This document shows positions 25,668 to 38,212 of a stretch of DNA of 64,000 nt, in pieces (within the stretch, counting starts at the first letter, position 1; every line of letters starts with the position of its first letter). The notes below the pieces were generated by a model. It was not told the DNA's origin and did not search any database. It saw nothing but the letters and a program-made list of their open reading frames with translations. The stretch is from the NCBI RefSeq assembly GCF_018350175.1, contig NC_058368.1, positions 205,160,001 through 205,224,000 of the forward strand, written 5' to 3'. This DNA is from Felis catus. Lineage: Eukaryota. The position numbers were made by a program, and so were the translations under genes.

Positions 25668-25868
25668 TTTTTTTATTTGTATTTTATATTTCAAGTTTAT
25701 TTATTTATTTTGAGAGAGAGAGTGTGTGTGCAAGCAGGAGGAGGGGCAGAGAGAGAGAATCCTAAGCAGGCTCTGGCAGGCTCAGGCTCGTGAACTGTGA
25801 GATCATGTATGACCTGAGCTGAAATCAAGAGTAAGACACTTTAATCAACTGAGGCACCCAGGCGCCCC
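25668..25868 (-). mobile_element. Older Can-SINE
   Basis: Antisense SINE ending cacccaggcgcccc. Confidence 0.9.
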
Positions 25869-26091
25869 TCTCTTTTAATTGTCATCAAAGGCACTTAGAA
25901 TAATTTCTTTAATAGGTTTGTCCTTTAGGAAAACAACCACCAGGAAGAAATTTATCTTTGAAGAAAGACATGGGGTTTGGGGAATATAGAAGTAAGATTT
26001 TTCATTTTATAACCTGCTCTACTAATCGATTTTTCCCCATATGCATACAATTATTTTTAGTTTTCAAATAAACAGATAAGTTAAAAAACGA

Positions 26092-26297
26092 GGAGCGCCT
26101 GGCTCAGTCAGTTAAGTGTCCGACTTTCGCTCAGGTCATGATCTCACAGTTCGTGGGTTGGAACTCTGTGCTGACAGCTCAGAGCCTGCAGCCGGCTTCA
26201 GATTCTGTGACTCCCTCTTTCTGCCCCTCCCCTGCTCACGCTCTGTCTCTCTCTCTCTCTCTCAAAAATAAACATTAAAAAAGAAAATAAAAAAAAC
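26092..26297 (+). mobile_element. Can-SINE with small deletions
   Basis: ggagcgcctggctcagtcagttaag...ctcaaaaataaac. Confidence 0.92.
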
Positions 26298-28021
26298 AGA
26301 ACTGCCATGATGACAAAAGAAACATTAATTATAAGAAGCCAGTGACAGACAGCCTTACTCTTCTCTAATGTTATTTCTCTTTTACTGCTCACTTTGTCAA
26401 CTGTTGCCAAAAGAGAACATCACAAAACAGAATGTAAAGAACTAAAAAAGGAAAGAAAAGAAAAATCACATTAGCAAGATTTTGAAGAGAAACTGTGGTT
26501 TAAAAATACAGAGGTAGAAGATTTATGTAATATATAGTGAGCCTCCTACTCAGCTTCTCACGTGAATCCTCAGTAATGCTGACTTCTAGTAGCTGACCAC
26601 GCAGAAGTCTTTCGATGCCTCACTAAGGCTGGAAAAACATGGGAGAGGATATTAAAGAAGAGAATATTTTATTAGTTCCTGGTTTCAGTGCTGAAAAATT
26701 ACTGGCTAAGGTAGAAATAAAATGGTTTTCCTTCATACCGAACCAAAAACCAAATACTCCTGTGAATTTCACAGAATATAATTAAAGAGAACTTTTAACC
26801 CAACCATAAGTTCTCAATGCTGTCCCTGATTGCAAGATGGTCTATCTTTGCCTTGAACCAAGATTCAGGGTAGAAATGAAAATATCTCTTCACGTGGGGA
26901 CTGCAGAAGCTGTTGCTAGGAATAAGTTAGGGTGCACATCTTCCTGGCTAGCTGCTTTCAAATTTCCAGATGATAAACCAAAGGATAAGCAGAAGGCACA
27001 ATTCCAAATTGCTGCTGAGGGAACACCAAATATTCCTTTTCTTGTCCCTCTATATCTCATTTTAAGAAACAAACTTGCAGACAAAAACCACAGCAAATCC
27101 CCAAAGCTCCCCATGACTTGTGTGTATCTATCAACAATCTTATCTTGGAAGAAGAGAGGAAAGTTTAGAACTCCACCATTTTTGAGGGGTAAAAGAAGAA
27201 AACACTGTGTCCCTTCTCGGAAAGTTACTTTCCAAACATCTTCTTGAGAGTGAGTCCAAATAAAATGCATGTTGTTTGCTTTTAAGCAGAAAACCTCTAC
27301 CAAAATACTGCATGTAATGGTAGAATTGCGTCTCCTTCATTTTTAATTAAACAAATAACTGTAAAAAATGTTCTGAGCTAGTTATGCCTTATTATTTTCG
27401 ATTTTGGGAGAAAGTTCCAAATGAAGTAGTTTCAGTGATATAGCTTGGCTAATGGCCTCATCTCCCTAAGAGTCAATTCAGCCTTTTTCTCAAAATATCA
27501 CCCTCCCCTATATTTCTCAGCTCTGAGATTCAAATCCAGATGGATTTTGGTCCTGCTTTTATAAAGCAATTCCTAAAGTTCATGGAAGGATTTGATAGAA
27601 TGCCTTTAAATTGGATTTCTGTGTTAGGGAAGCAAAGTGAAATATTATTCAATTCAATTTAACAAATAGTTTTTATGTAAGGAAAAAAGTGCTTCAAATA
27701 GCCTGTAACATTCTTTGGCATATTATCCCCTATACTGGAGAGTAGAACTATAGTCATTTCTATTTCTAAATAATACGGCCTGAGATCTGCCCATTTCTCT
27801 CTTTTCATCTTGACATTAACCATCATCACACTGAATTGCCTAAATCATTATGTGTCCTCCATTCAGGCTGCCCCACTCAGTATGGTAGGATTCTTCAAAG
27901 ACAATTAAATTAGGGCAGACAATTAGAGGCTTAGAAATGTTTGAGCCCTTTGTCACAAGAATGACACTTCTATTGATTTTTCCTCAATAAGTCATCTTAT
28001 GTGTAGAAAGAAAGAAATAAT

Positions 28022-28244
28022 GGGGCCCCTGGGTGGCTCAGTTGGTTGATTGTCGGACTTCAGCTCAAGTCATGATCTCACACTTTGTGAGTTCGAGCCC
28101 CGCATCCGGCTCTGTGCTGACAGTTCAGAGCCTGGAGCCTGCTTCGGATTCTGTGTCTCCCTCTCTCTCTCTGCCCCTCTCCTGCTCATGCTCTGTCCCT
28201 CTCTGTCTCTTAAAAATAAATAAAGATTAAAAAAAATTTTATTA
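28022..28244 (+). mobile_element. Can-SINE
   Basis: Full SINE flanked by (agaa)n TSD. Confidence 0.94.
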
Positions 28245-28321
28245 AGAAAGAAAGAAAGAAAGAAAAAACTGATATATAGAAACATATTAATCACAGCAGT
28301 ATTTATAATGATGAAAGTTGA

Positions 28322-28545
28322 GGGGTGCCTGGGCGCCTCAGTCAGTTAAGTGACTGACTCTTGATTTTGGCTCAGGTCATGATCTCATTGTTCATGGGTT
28401 CTAGCCCCACATTGGGCTCTGAGCTGACACTACAGAGCCTCCTTGGGATTCTCTCTCCCTTTCTCTCTGCCCCTTCCTGCTCGTTCTCTCTCTCTCTCTC
28501 TCGCTCGCTCGCTCTCAAAATAAATAAATAAATAAATGTTTTTAA
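28322..28545 (+). mobile_element. Older Can-SINE
   Basis: ggggtgcctgggcgcctcagtcagttaag head, tail (aaat)n. Confidence 0.93.
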
Positions 28546-28559
28546 AAAAAGAAAATTGA

Positions 28560-28757
28560 GGCGCACCTGGGTGGCTAAGTGGTTTAAGTGTCCAACTCTT
28601 AATTTTGGCTCAAGTCATGATCTTGTGCTTCGTGAGTCTGAGCTCCACATCGGGCTCCCCACTTGCAGTGCAGAGCCTGCTTGGGATTCTCTCTCTTCCT
28701 CTCTGCTCCTCCCCTGCACGGGTGCTCTCTCCCTTTCAAAATAAATAAATAAACTTT
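28560..28757 (+). mobile_element. Can-SINE inserted at the tail/TSD of the preceding SINE
   Basis: TSD aaaaagaaaattga at 28546-28559 and 28758-28771. Confidence 0.92.
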
Positions 28758-29000
28758 AAAAAGAAAATTGAAAATAAACTTAATGTCCAAGAATCAGGGA
28801 AAGGTTAAGGAAAACCCCCACGTTTAAATTCTGAACCATTAAAAATGTTGGTTTATCAAACAACTGAATTATTGTGGGATAATTATTATTTAATTATTAA
28901 TTATTAAAGCTATGTTAAAATATAATTTTATTGTGATTTTTCTATCCTTTTATATTTTTCCTATGATCTCTCGTGGAGTTACACTACTTTTATAATTTTT

Positions 29001-29194
29001 TAAGTTTATTTATTTATTTTGAGAGAGAGAGCAAGCAGGGGAGGGCAGAAAGAGAGGGAGAGAGAGAATCCCAAGCAGGTTCCACAGTATCAGAGCAGAA
29101 CCTGATGTGGGGCTCAAACCCACAAACCAAGAGATCATGAGCTGAGCCAAAACCAAGAGTTGGACATCAACTGATTGAGCCACTCGGGCATCCC
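29001..29194 (-). mobile_element. Older Can-SINE
   Basis: Antisense SINE; TSD tataatttttt. Confidence 0.9.
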
Positions 29195-29509
29195 TATAAT
29201 TTTTTTTAAAAGCATGTTTCTGAAAGTTGGAGCAAACAAAGACATATTTTTGTCATACACTTATTATGAAGGTTTGTTTTTGTTGTAGTGGTTACCAGTT
29301 CACATGCTGACAGAGGACCCAGACTAAAGCAGGAAACCAGCATCTCTGGAACTCTTGGAAGAGAAGATGGACTGACAGAGGTAAATATCTGTCTTCCTCC
29401 TGGAGAAATCGGATGACAACCAGGAGCCTAGAAATTATAGCTACTGGGAATAGATGAAGGAGTTAACAGGGAAAAGAGATCCTGAAAAATGAGGTGTTTC
29501 TTCTAAAAG

Positions 29510-29750
29510 AATAATATTACTTAATATTTGCAGGGCATTTCACAGTTGAAACAGTTTGCAAACATGATCTCATGCTATCCCTCCAACAACTTTGTTAGAG
29601 AAGTGTAATTGTTTTGGTTTCACGTTTCATGAAGCTGAAGCTTAGGGAAGTTAAGTAATTTGCCCATAGTCACAACGCTTTTAAGTGAAAGCTTGGGTTC
29701 TCAACTCAGGTTTCCTGATTTTCAATTCAAGCTCTTTCTGCTTCCACATT
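29510..29750 (-). mobile_element. MIR (MIRc-like)
   Basis: gaagctgaagcttagggaagttaagtaatttgcccatagtcaca. Confidence 0.72.
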
Positions 29751-30216
29751 GTTACATAATGTACTATATGTTGTTCAAGACACTACCCACATGCAACACA
29801 CACTGCTGAAATTTAAAGGGGGAAAAAGAAGCATGGGTTCTAGTCTCCTTGAACGTAACAACCTAATAGAAAGAAAAGGATCCAGATAAGAGTACAGGTC
29901 ATATTTAAGTGCCAAGTCAGTAGTGTGGACTGAAAATGCGATAAAAGTTGAGAGGAAAGAACATCAGCTGTGAGCAGAGGAGACTGTAAAAGGATGGTCT
30001 GGTTATCAGGGAAGGAATTGGGGAAGGGAGAATGGTGCCATGGCTACCGTGGGGAGAAGAGGAGACTGAATAAAAAAAGCAGAAAGGATGCCAGACCAGC
30101 TTCAATTATCTTCTTCCATCTGCATGGAGATTCACTCATCCTATTTGTAATATAAGCTCTCAGAGTATAAGTAAGTAAATGTGTCGATTTTTGTAGCTTT
30201 TAGTTTTGAGTTTTGT

Positions 30217-30234
30217 TTGTGTGTGCACGCACAC

Positions 30235-30265
<31 letters not shown>
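30217..30265. repeat. Interrupted (TG)n microsatellite
   Basis: Seen directly. Confidence 0.95.
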
Positions 30266-30329
30266 ATCACAATGAATTACAGTCATTGTACACCTTTCTC
30301 CATTATCTGAGATGATGATTTCCCTCCAC

Positions 30330-30830
30330 TGATTAATTTACTCAACCAGCCACATATGTGTGAGCCTATGATGAACCAGACATTGGCACCGGTGTGGCAC
30401 TGACTACACAAAGTGTACCCGACACTGCTGACTGCCCTGAAAGTGCCTACTCTCCAAAGGGAGAGACTATATAAAAAATGCTAACAATCACATGCATAAT
30501 GATCAGGATGAAAACTCAGCAATCTATAACGTAAAGGGGAAGCACCTACTCCTGCAGAAATGGGGATATGGTGTAGAAGGAGCTAGCTAAGGATAAATTG
30601 AAACTACCAAGCAAAGAAGGGAGGATGGACAATTTCAGCAGAGGAGGCTACATGGCCAAAGTTAAGGGTGCAAGGAAAGGCCAGTGTATCAGGAATTGCT
30701 AGCAATTTGGTACTTTTGGAGATGAGGGTAAAAGGCAAAAAGGAGATTAAATTAGGTTTTGTAAACTATTTTAAGGAACTTGAACTTTAATCTGTACAGA
30801 TAATGGAGATGCACAAGACTTTAAAGCACA
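30330..30830 (-). mobile_element. L2 remnant
   Basis: atttactcaa...ctgccctgaaagtgcctactct...aatttcagcagaggagg...aaggaacttgaactttaatct. Confidence 0.62.
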
Positions 30831-30838
30831 GGCACAGG

Positions 30839-30877
30839 TAGTGTAATTAGTAATTACACTAGTTACTAATTAGTAAC
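30839..30877. repeat. Two abutting perfect palindromes
   Basis: tagtgtaatta-g-taattacacta (30839-30861) followed by gttactaattagtaac (30862-30877). Confidence 0.92.
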
Positions 30878-31338
30878 ATTGTGGCTATACTATACCGCAC
30901 TATTCTATACCATACTATACATTACTATACCTTACTATATGTTACTAAGGATATTCCAAACATTTTTTCAGATTTTATGGGAAAATATCTTTTAAAAATA
31001 AACACTATGAATATGAACCTTATTAACTTTATTCAAATTTCTATGTCAATGCCTAAGCTTTTATCTCATTAATGGGAACTTAAGGAGAAATTTAGTAGAG
31101 CATGATTATATGTCCTCAGTATGACAGATGATTCCTGTTTACCCTCTACCAAGATTTGGGTTTAGCTTGTTTATGTCACAGGAGGACGACAACCCAGAAA
31201 GTGGCTGTAAAGGTCTATGGGATATTTTTCGACTGCTCACTAGAAAAAGAAGGGTAAATATATCCCTACAGGATGAAGACCCTTGGGGACATAATTTAAA
31301 GGGAGTCAAATTGTTTTTCACCTTCTATAAGCACTCTC

Positions 31339-31568
31339 TTTTTAAAAAAAAATTTTAATGCTTTTATTTATTTTTGACAGAGAGGGAGAGAGAGAGAGAC
31401 AGAGCACAAGCAGGGGAAGGGCAGAGAGAGAGGACACAGAATCTGAAGCAGGCTCCAGGCTCTGAGCTGTCAGCACAGAGCCCAATGCGGGGCTAGAACT
31501 CACATACCGCGAGATCATGACCTAAGCCTAAGTTGGATGCCTCACCGACTGAGCCACCCAGGCGCCCC
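31339..31568 (-). mobile_element. Can-SINE
   Basis: Antisense SINE ending gccacccaggcgcccc; degenerate TSD taa(g/a)cactct. Confidence 0.94.
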
Positions 31569-33131
31569 TGTAAACACTCTTACATTTAACAACCACAAAA
31601 AATAAAATAAAACAAAAACACACATAAAAAAAATCTTTGCATTTTGCTTCATTGTTTGCTTTAAAAAATTTTTATTTATAAGTTGAGAAATGTGTTTTCC
31701 TAAAAACTATGACTAATCCAGTTGCCTAGATTCAAAACTAGGAATTAGGAACTGAGACCTGTTTCTGTAGCTGATTTTCTGCTTAGTATTATAAAAAGCC
31801 TTTCTGTGACTCAGCCCCTGTTAGAATCAGATTCTGGGGTTGTCCATGCTTCTTGATGAAAAAAAAAATGGAGATATTTCCACATTTCTTAAATGCAATC
31901 TATCTTAGAGTTATGAAAACCCTGGAATTAAAGAATTTAGACTTTAAGGATGGGACTTTATAAGTTCTCTGAATCAATATTCCCTCTTGATCATTGTATC
32001 CAAGGTCCCATGCAGCAATGTTCTGTATACAGTTATACTAAGAGTTTGGAGAAGACCTAGAATAGTCTAGTTGGTCTATCTAGGAAGCAAGGATCACACA
32101 GGTGAAGGCAGTTCTAAGAAAGGATTCGGAAAGTGGATATTCTGAAGGCCATAGACCTTGAATGAAGCTGGTTCCTTAGGGGATGGGGGGAAATGGTTCC
32201 TCTCTCAGTGTGATGTTAATGTTACCTCTAACGCTGCCTGCCTGGTATCATTTCCCTCAAGTTGGCCCTCATATCACCCATACCTACAGTCTGACTCAAA
32301 ATCCTTATTATTAATAATTTTTTTTTAGTTTAACTGGTAATGACAGCAACATGGCATGAATGTTTTAATTCCCCATTCTCTGCCCATCAGACATTACTAC
32401 CTGGGCATGTCTCTCTCATTCCCTCACTGAACCCAGACTCAGCCTTAGAATTTGTCACAGCCTAGTACTCTGGGCAGCCACTGCCAATGGACTTAAACTT
32501 ATCCCATCAGATACAATTTCTTTGCCATCCCCAGATTAGAATTTAAGATACATATAATGGTTCCAAAATTTCTCTGTTGCACTGAAAAGATGGTGTGATA
32601 TTTTTGCTTAATACATTCTTTTTCATTGAATGCCCAATTTTCATTTAAGCTTACTCAGACAAGTATTTCTCCAGTTGGCTGAGAGATGGTGTCAAATGCT
32701 TTACTCTGTGCTGTAGCTCTGAAAGCTCTTATTCCAATAAGCTGACTTTCTTTGGTGTTACTTTTTCCTGTGCTAATTACTTTCATCATCCTACCCACAG
32801 GGAGGTAGATATTAACACCAGTATATACATTTTTAAAAACCTTAATTTGTAAAATAAATAAAAGCCCTGCCCTTTCCCCTGGGTTTCTACAAGGTGCCTA
32901 GTTAAATACGGCCCTGTGTGAGTTCTGGTTTCCTTATTTGGTTGTAGAGGGCAGAGACTTTGCTTTTTATGATTCACCCTGCATATTCATGACCCCTGCC
33001 ACAGGATGCTTTTTGAATCTTCTTCATAGTTTTGGATAAGATGAATTTGCACATCCCCCAACCCATGTTTGCTTGCTGAGGCTCTCTCCAAGTGGCTGCC
33101 ATAGTCCCCTGTGTGGGTAGAGGAAAGGTGG

Positions 33132-33505
33132 TTCATTCATTTAGTGAACAAATGTATATTGAATGCCTACTATGAGCCAGGCTCTACACTAGAGACCATG
33201 TTTGCTGTGGTTGGTCAAATAGAAATGATTCCTGGCCTCATGGAGCACAGGGTTCAGTGCAGAAGACAAGCAATAAACAGAGATAAATGACATACTAGCA
33301 TGGTGTGATAAATGCTTTGAAGGGCAAGGACGTAAGATTTATAAGAGAATGTATGTAGAGAATCCATTTATATTGAGTGATTAAGGAAGACACCAATGAA
33401 GAGGTAACCTTGAAATGGAGACCTGAAGATAAGCAGTTATTCATGAGGAGTAAGGAGAAGTGTTCTACTCAGAAGGAGAAGTGTGAGTGTAGGCCCTGAA
33501 GTGGC
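33132..33505 (-). mobile_element. L2 3' region
   Basis: ttcattcatttagtgaacaaatgtatattgaatgcctactatgagccaggc...cctggcctcatggagc. Confidence 0.8.
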
Positions 33506-35852
33506 ATTTGATGTGAACAATGACCCCAGCTCCCCTATGAGGGCCTCATCTGGCTCTCAAATAGCCAGCGTAGCTTTGGCAGACAAATACAAATCCCAGT
33601 CCAGGAAAGAGGAAGACCACCTTCTGAGCAAGGTCTCATGTAAGAAAGATTTTCCATTTTACCTGGGGTGAGATATGCCTGTTAATTGATTTAGGAATGT
33701 TTCACAGCAGTATGCATGGTCCAGGAATGAGGCTTCATATTCATGGTAAAAATTTAAGCGTTTGGGACTGCTATTTGGGAAGGTCTGCACTGCAAAGGCC
33801 AAAGTCAAGACTGGAATGCTGGCTCCCCCATGTCTTCTGACAGTTTGGTATCCTTGCTGCTGTAGTTCAAATGATTTTCCATCACTCTGGCCTTTGGGAA
33901 CTAAGGTGCCAGATTCTCTGAAGAGAGCATTGTCCTGATAAAGGAAAACCATGAAGGCACTGGATGTTTTTTAACTGTGGAACATAAGCGAGAAGGGAGG
34001 TAATGTTTTAATGTTTTGTTGTTTTCCCCCAATTTGCTTTACTTTTTAGACCAGATTGTTTGGACACTGAAAGTCATATTTTTGCACTTCTTTTGTGGCA
34101 TTTTGACTGCCACAAAAGAGCCAGAAAAACTATTCCAGAGCCAGAAAAACTAAAACATAAATAAATCCAGACAGGCTCTTACAAGCAGTTAAATTAGTCC
34201 TATATTTAACTTTTTTTTTCTTTTCTAAGTAACTATTACTTGAGCTGAAGCTTAGCTTACCAGATCTGACTCATTTGAAAGTTTTCTGAAACAAAATGCT
34301 TGACAGAGTTTCTTCCTGTATTAAAATTAATCACATATATGAAGACTTTTTCCAAGTCTCTACAGAGTGAAGGAAAGCAAAAAGGGGAATTAATTGCCTA
34401 ACAATTCACCTACAAAGTTGCTTATAATTGGTCTACATTTCTCCAAAACAAACATAACAAAGGTTTTTTCTAACAGCTTAAGAAAGGTGGGGAGAACAAG
34501 ACAAATGATTCACTTTATTTTGCATAAGGAAAATAAGTGGTAAGGCACACTCACTTCCCTTGCATCCACTACTCTCCTTTTTACTTCACCCATTGCACTC
34601 AACAATTAAATGAGCTAATATCTACTAAGTCCCCCCAAATACTGGGCCCATATTGCCCGCTGTATAGCATGCGTTAAATTTTAAAAAAAATAGAGGAATT
34701 AAAGAAGCACAGGAAGCAGAAAAAAGAGAATGAAGAAGGCAAAGGAGGAGAAGCAAGCAGAAAGAAACTGTGGAGAGAATTGGGAAATGTTCAGACTACA
34801 CAAAATGAAATTAAATTCTTCCAGAATGCTTCAAGAACCTATATGATATCTTCTTAAACTCAAGTTACACTAACAGACACTCTCAAACAGATAAATTCTG
34901 TAAAAAGCAAAGTAAAAGTAAACCCTACAAGTTTCTGATCTATAGATGTCATGTGCCTATACCCTGAAACTATTCTATTCTTTATAAAAAGTGCCTAAAG
35001 TCTCTCGGTTTTGAGTAAGTCTAACAGGTTCTGACTAGTAAGTCTAACAGGTTCAGCCCTCCCCCAGCGTACAAACATGAAGCTGGGCAACAGTCTATGA
35101 AAGACAGCAATCTCTGAAAGAAGAGACACTAACAAGAGAAGCCTCATATTAGCCCTACCTCCCTGCTTGGGATTTTCTGCACTGAAGCCAATGACATGGA
35201 ATCAGCAAAGCAAGATTGCCCTGCCGACTTGAGGAAGCTGAAGTGGCTGGAATCTGCAGGGCAGACACCAGAGAAGAGGGGATTGCACAGAGTAGAGCCC
35301 CAGTAGTTTTCATGGTGATCGGAGTGATGGGGGGAGTTCTACATAAGTCCTTGACCAAGGCTGTGCTTGACATGAGCAAGACAAGCCGTGTGAGGTTTAC
35401 CAGAGGGTGGAGAATGAAATAGAGATACTAGTGGTTCTGCTAAGGACAATGGAGTTCTGGCCCAGTGGGAGTGGAAAGACAGCTCCAACACCTTGTTAAC
35501 ATCACAGGCACTTAGTTGAGACACAAGAAAGGATGTGATGGGTTGTGTAAATGAAATTATATTGTTGTAAGGTTATTGCATTTCTTAACTGAGAACTATG
35601 AAGTGCAAAATGGCTCAATATTGACTATAGACTTGGATAAGTTCAGGTATATGTTATTAACCCTAAAGCGACCACTAAGAAATAATAAAAGTAGATATAG
35701 ATAATAATTCAACAAAGGAAATAAAATTTAATATAAAAATTGCATAAACACAAAAGAACATAGAAAAGAAACAAGAGAAAAACAAAAGGGACAAATGAGA
35801 AACAAATATCAAGATGATAGATATAAACTGAATTGTATCAATAATTACATCA

Positions 35853-36026
35853 GGGGCGCCTAAGTGGCTCAGTCAGTTGGGCATCTGACTCTTGATTTTG
35901 GCTCAGGTCATGATCTCAGGGCCCAGGGATTAAACACTAAAGATTCTCTCTCTCTCCCTCTGCTCCTCTCCTGTACTCACACTTTCATTCTCTCTCTCTC
36001 TCTAAAACAAAAACAAACCAAACAAA
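35853..36026 (+). mobile_element. Older Can-SINE, internally deleted
   Basis: ggggcgcctaagtggctcagtcag head; TSD aatt(a/g)cat. Confidence 0.9.
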
Positions 36027-36231
36027 AATTGCATTAAACATTAATGGTCTAAACAATCCAATTAAAAGGCAGGAATTGTCAGACTGGACAAAAAAGGCAA
36101 TATCAAACTAGATTTCTGCCTAAAAGAGATATTCTTTAAATTTAAAGACACAAACTAATCAATTTGATTAGATTTTGCAGAAATAATTTTTTTTTTATTT
36201 TCAAATAAATAAATTTAAAGACACAAATATA

Positions 36232-36441
36232 GGAGCACCTGGGTGGCTCAGTCGGTTGAGCGTCCGACTTCGCTCAGGTCACGATCTCACGGTCCGTGAG
36301 TTCGAGCCCCGCATCGGGCTCTGTGCTGACAGCTCAGAGCCTGGAGCCTGCTTCGGATTCTGTGTCTCCCTCTCTCTCTGGCCCTCCCCACATTCATGCT
36401 CTGTCTCTCTCTGTCTCAAAAATAAATAAATGTTAAAAAAA
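36232..36441 (+). mobile_element. Felid Can-SINE
   Basis: TSD aaatt(t/c)aaagacacaaatata at 36211-36231 and 36442-36462. Confidence 0.95.
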
Positions 36442-36519
36442 AAATTCAAAGACACAAATATATAGAAAGAAGGAGGAAGCTGGGTAGTTAATATCAAGGT
36501 AGACATCAAGACTAAGAGG

Positions 36520-36741
36520 TTTTTTTTTAATTTTTTAATGTTTATTTATTATTGAGAAACAGAGAGATATAGAACATGAGCATGGGAGAGGCAGAGAGAG
36601 AGGGAGACACAGAATCCGAAGCAGGCTCCAGGCTCTGAGCTGTCAGCACAGAGCCCGACGTGGGGCTTAAAGTCACAAACCATGAGATCATGACCTGAGC
36701 TGAAGTCGGATGCTTTACCCACTGAGCCACCCAGGCACCCC
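36520..36741 (-). mobile_element. Felid Can-SINE
   Basis: Antisense SINE ending gccacccaggcacccc. Confidence 0.95.
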
Positions 36742-36993
36742 AAAGACAACAGAGCTTTAAGCTTCATGAAGCAAAAATTGATAGATCTAGAGATAAAAAT
36801 CAACTAATATAAATTTAGCAAGTTTGTAGAGTACAAAGTCATTATACAAAATGATTCCATTTCTGTATTGGCAGCAATTGAAAAATTCCATAAAATGCTA
36901 CTTACACACAAAACAAAATACCTAGAGATTAATTTCATAAAAGATGTGTAAAACTTGTACATCAAAAACTATAAAATATTTCTGTCAATTATA

Positions 36994-37206
36994 TTTAAAA
37001 AGCTTATTTATTTTGAGAGAGAAAGAGGGAGAGAATGGGGAGACAGACAGAAAGACAAAGACAGAGACAGAGAGAGAGAATCTCAAGCAGCTTCCATGCT
37101 GGCAGCACAGAGCCTGATGTGGGGCTCAATCTCATGAACTGTGAGAACATGACCTGAGCAGAAATCAGGAGTCAGACACTTAACTGACTGAGCCACCCAG
37201 GCACCC
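36994..37206 (-). mobile_element. Older Can-SINE
   Basis: Antisense SINE ending gccacccaggcaccc. Confidence 0.9.
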
Positions 37207-37237
37207 TAACTATGCTTTTATTTAAAAATCTATAAAA

Positions 37238-37373
37238 GGGGAGCTTGTATAGCTCAGTCTGTTAAGTGTCTGACTCTTGGTTTCAGCTCAGGTCATGTTC
37301 TCACAGTTTTTATGAGTTCAAGCCCCTCATAGGGTCTGCACAGCTGGCAGTGCAGAACCTGCTTGGAATTTCT
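37238..37373 (+). mobile_element. 3'-truncated Can-SINE
   Basis: Head and body present; (CT)n and tail missing. Confidence 0.85.
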
Positions 37374-37785
37374 TGGAAATATCAACATGAATTCATTTTA
37401 AAAGTACATTTCCTGGGTCTTTCCATTAGAGTAGCCTAAAAACAATGGCACCCCAGTAGCAAGAAAAATACATATCACTCAGATATTAGTTTTGAATACT
37501 ATTCCCTAATAAAAGGAACTGAGCATTTTGGAGAATTATTTGATTCCAGATATGGGACAGGAAAAATGTACAGTAAGCATGAGATGCTTTCTTGGTCTAG
37601 AAAGCAGAGGAGTGCTCAAAGACCAACAGGGTAATATCAAAAGCACAGAGGAGCATACTGAAAGGGGTTCCTCTTGACCAAATGTGACACAATTGGAGCA
37701 TCAAAAAGTAGAGATAGTAATATATTATAATACATTAAATGTAAAATACCTTATGAGTCCATTGTGATATTTAAAAGAGAAAGGA

Positions 37786-38003
37786 GGGGCGCCTGGGTGG
37801 CGCAGTCGGTTAAGCATCCGACTTCAGCCAGGTCATGATCTCGCGGTCCGTGAGTTCGAGCCCCGAGTCAGGCTCTGGGCTGATGGCTCAGAGCCTGGAC
37901 CCTGTTTCCGATTCTGTGTCTCCCTCTCTCTCTGCCCCTCCCCCGTTCATGCTCTTTCTCTCTCTGTCCCCCAAAATAAATAAATAAACGTTGAAAAAAA
38001 AAT
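37786..38003 (+). mobile_element. Young felid Can-SINE
   Basis: Near-consensus; TSD ttaaaagagaaagga at 37771-37785 and 38004-38018. Confidence 0.97.
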
Positions 38004-38212
38004 TTAAAAGAGAAAGGAATGGGGGAGGAGTGGTTTGTCTTTTGAGAAAAATTCCAGTTAATAGATAAGATTAGTCATTTTTGCATCTCCAATGTAGTAA
38101 CTTATCTAGGTAAATAATATCAATGAATGCTAAAATTGGGATGTGGGATTGTGGGAAACAAGATACTCACACAGTTGCAAAGAATCACTCATAGATCACT
38201 TATTAGATATAA

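Noticed and set aside
26837..27303. Overlapping 136-aa and 137-aa ORFs on opposite strands
   Set aside because: No recognisable domain or exon structure; length is within chance expectation.
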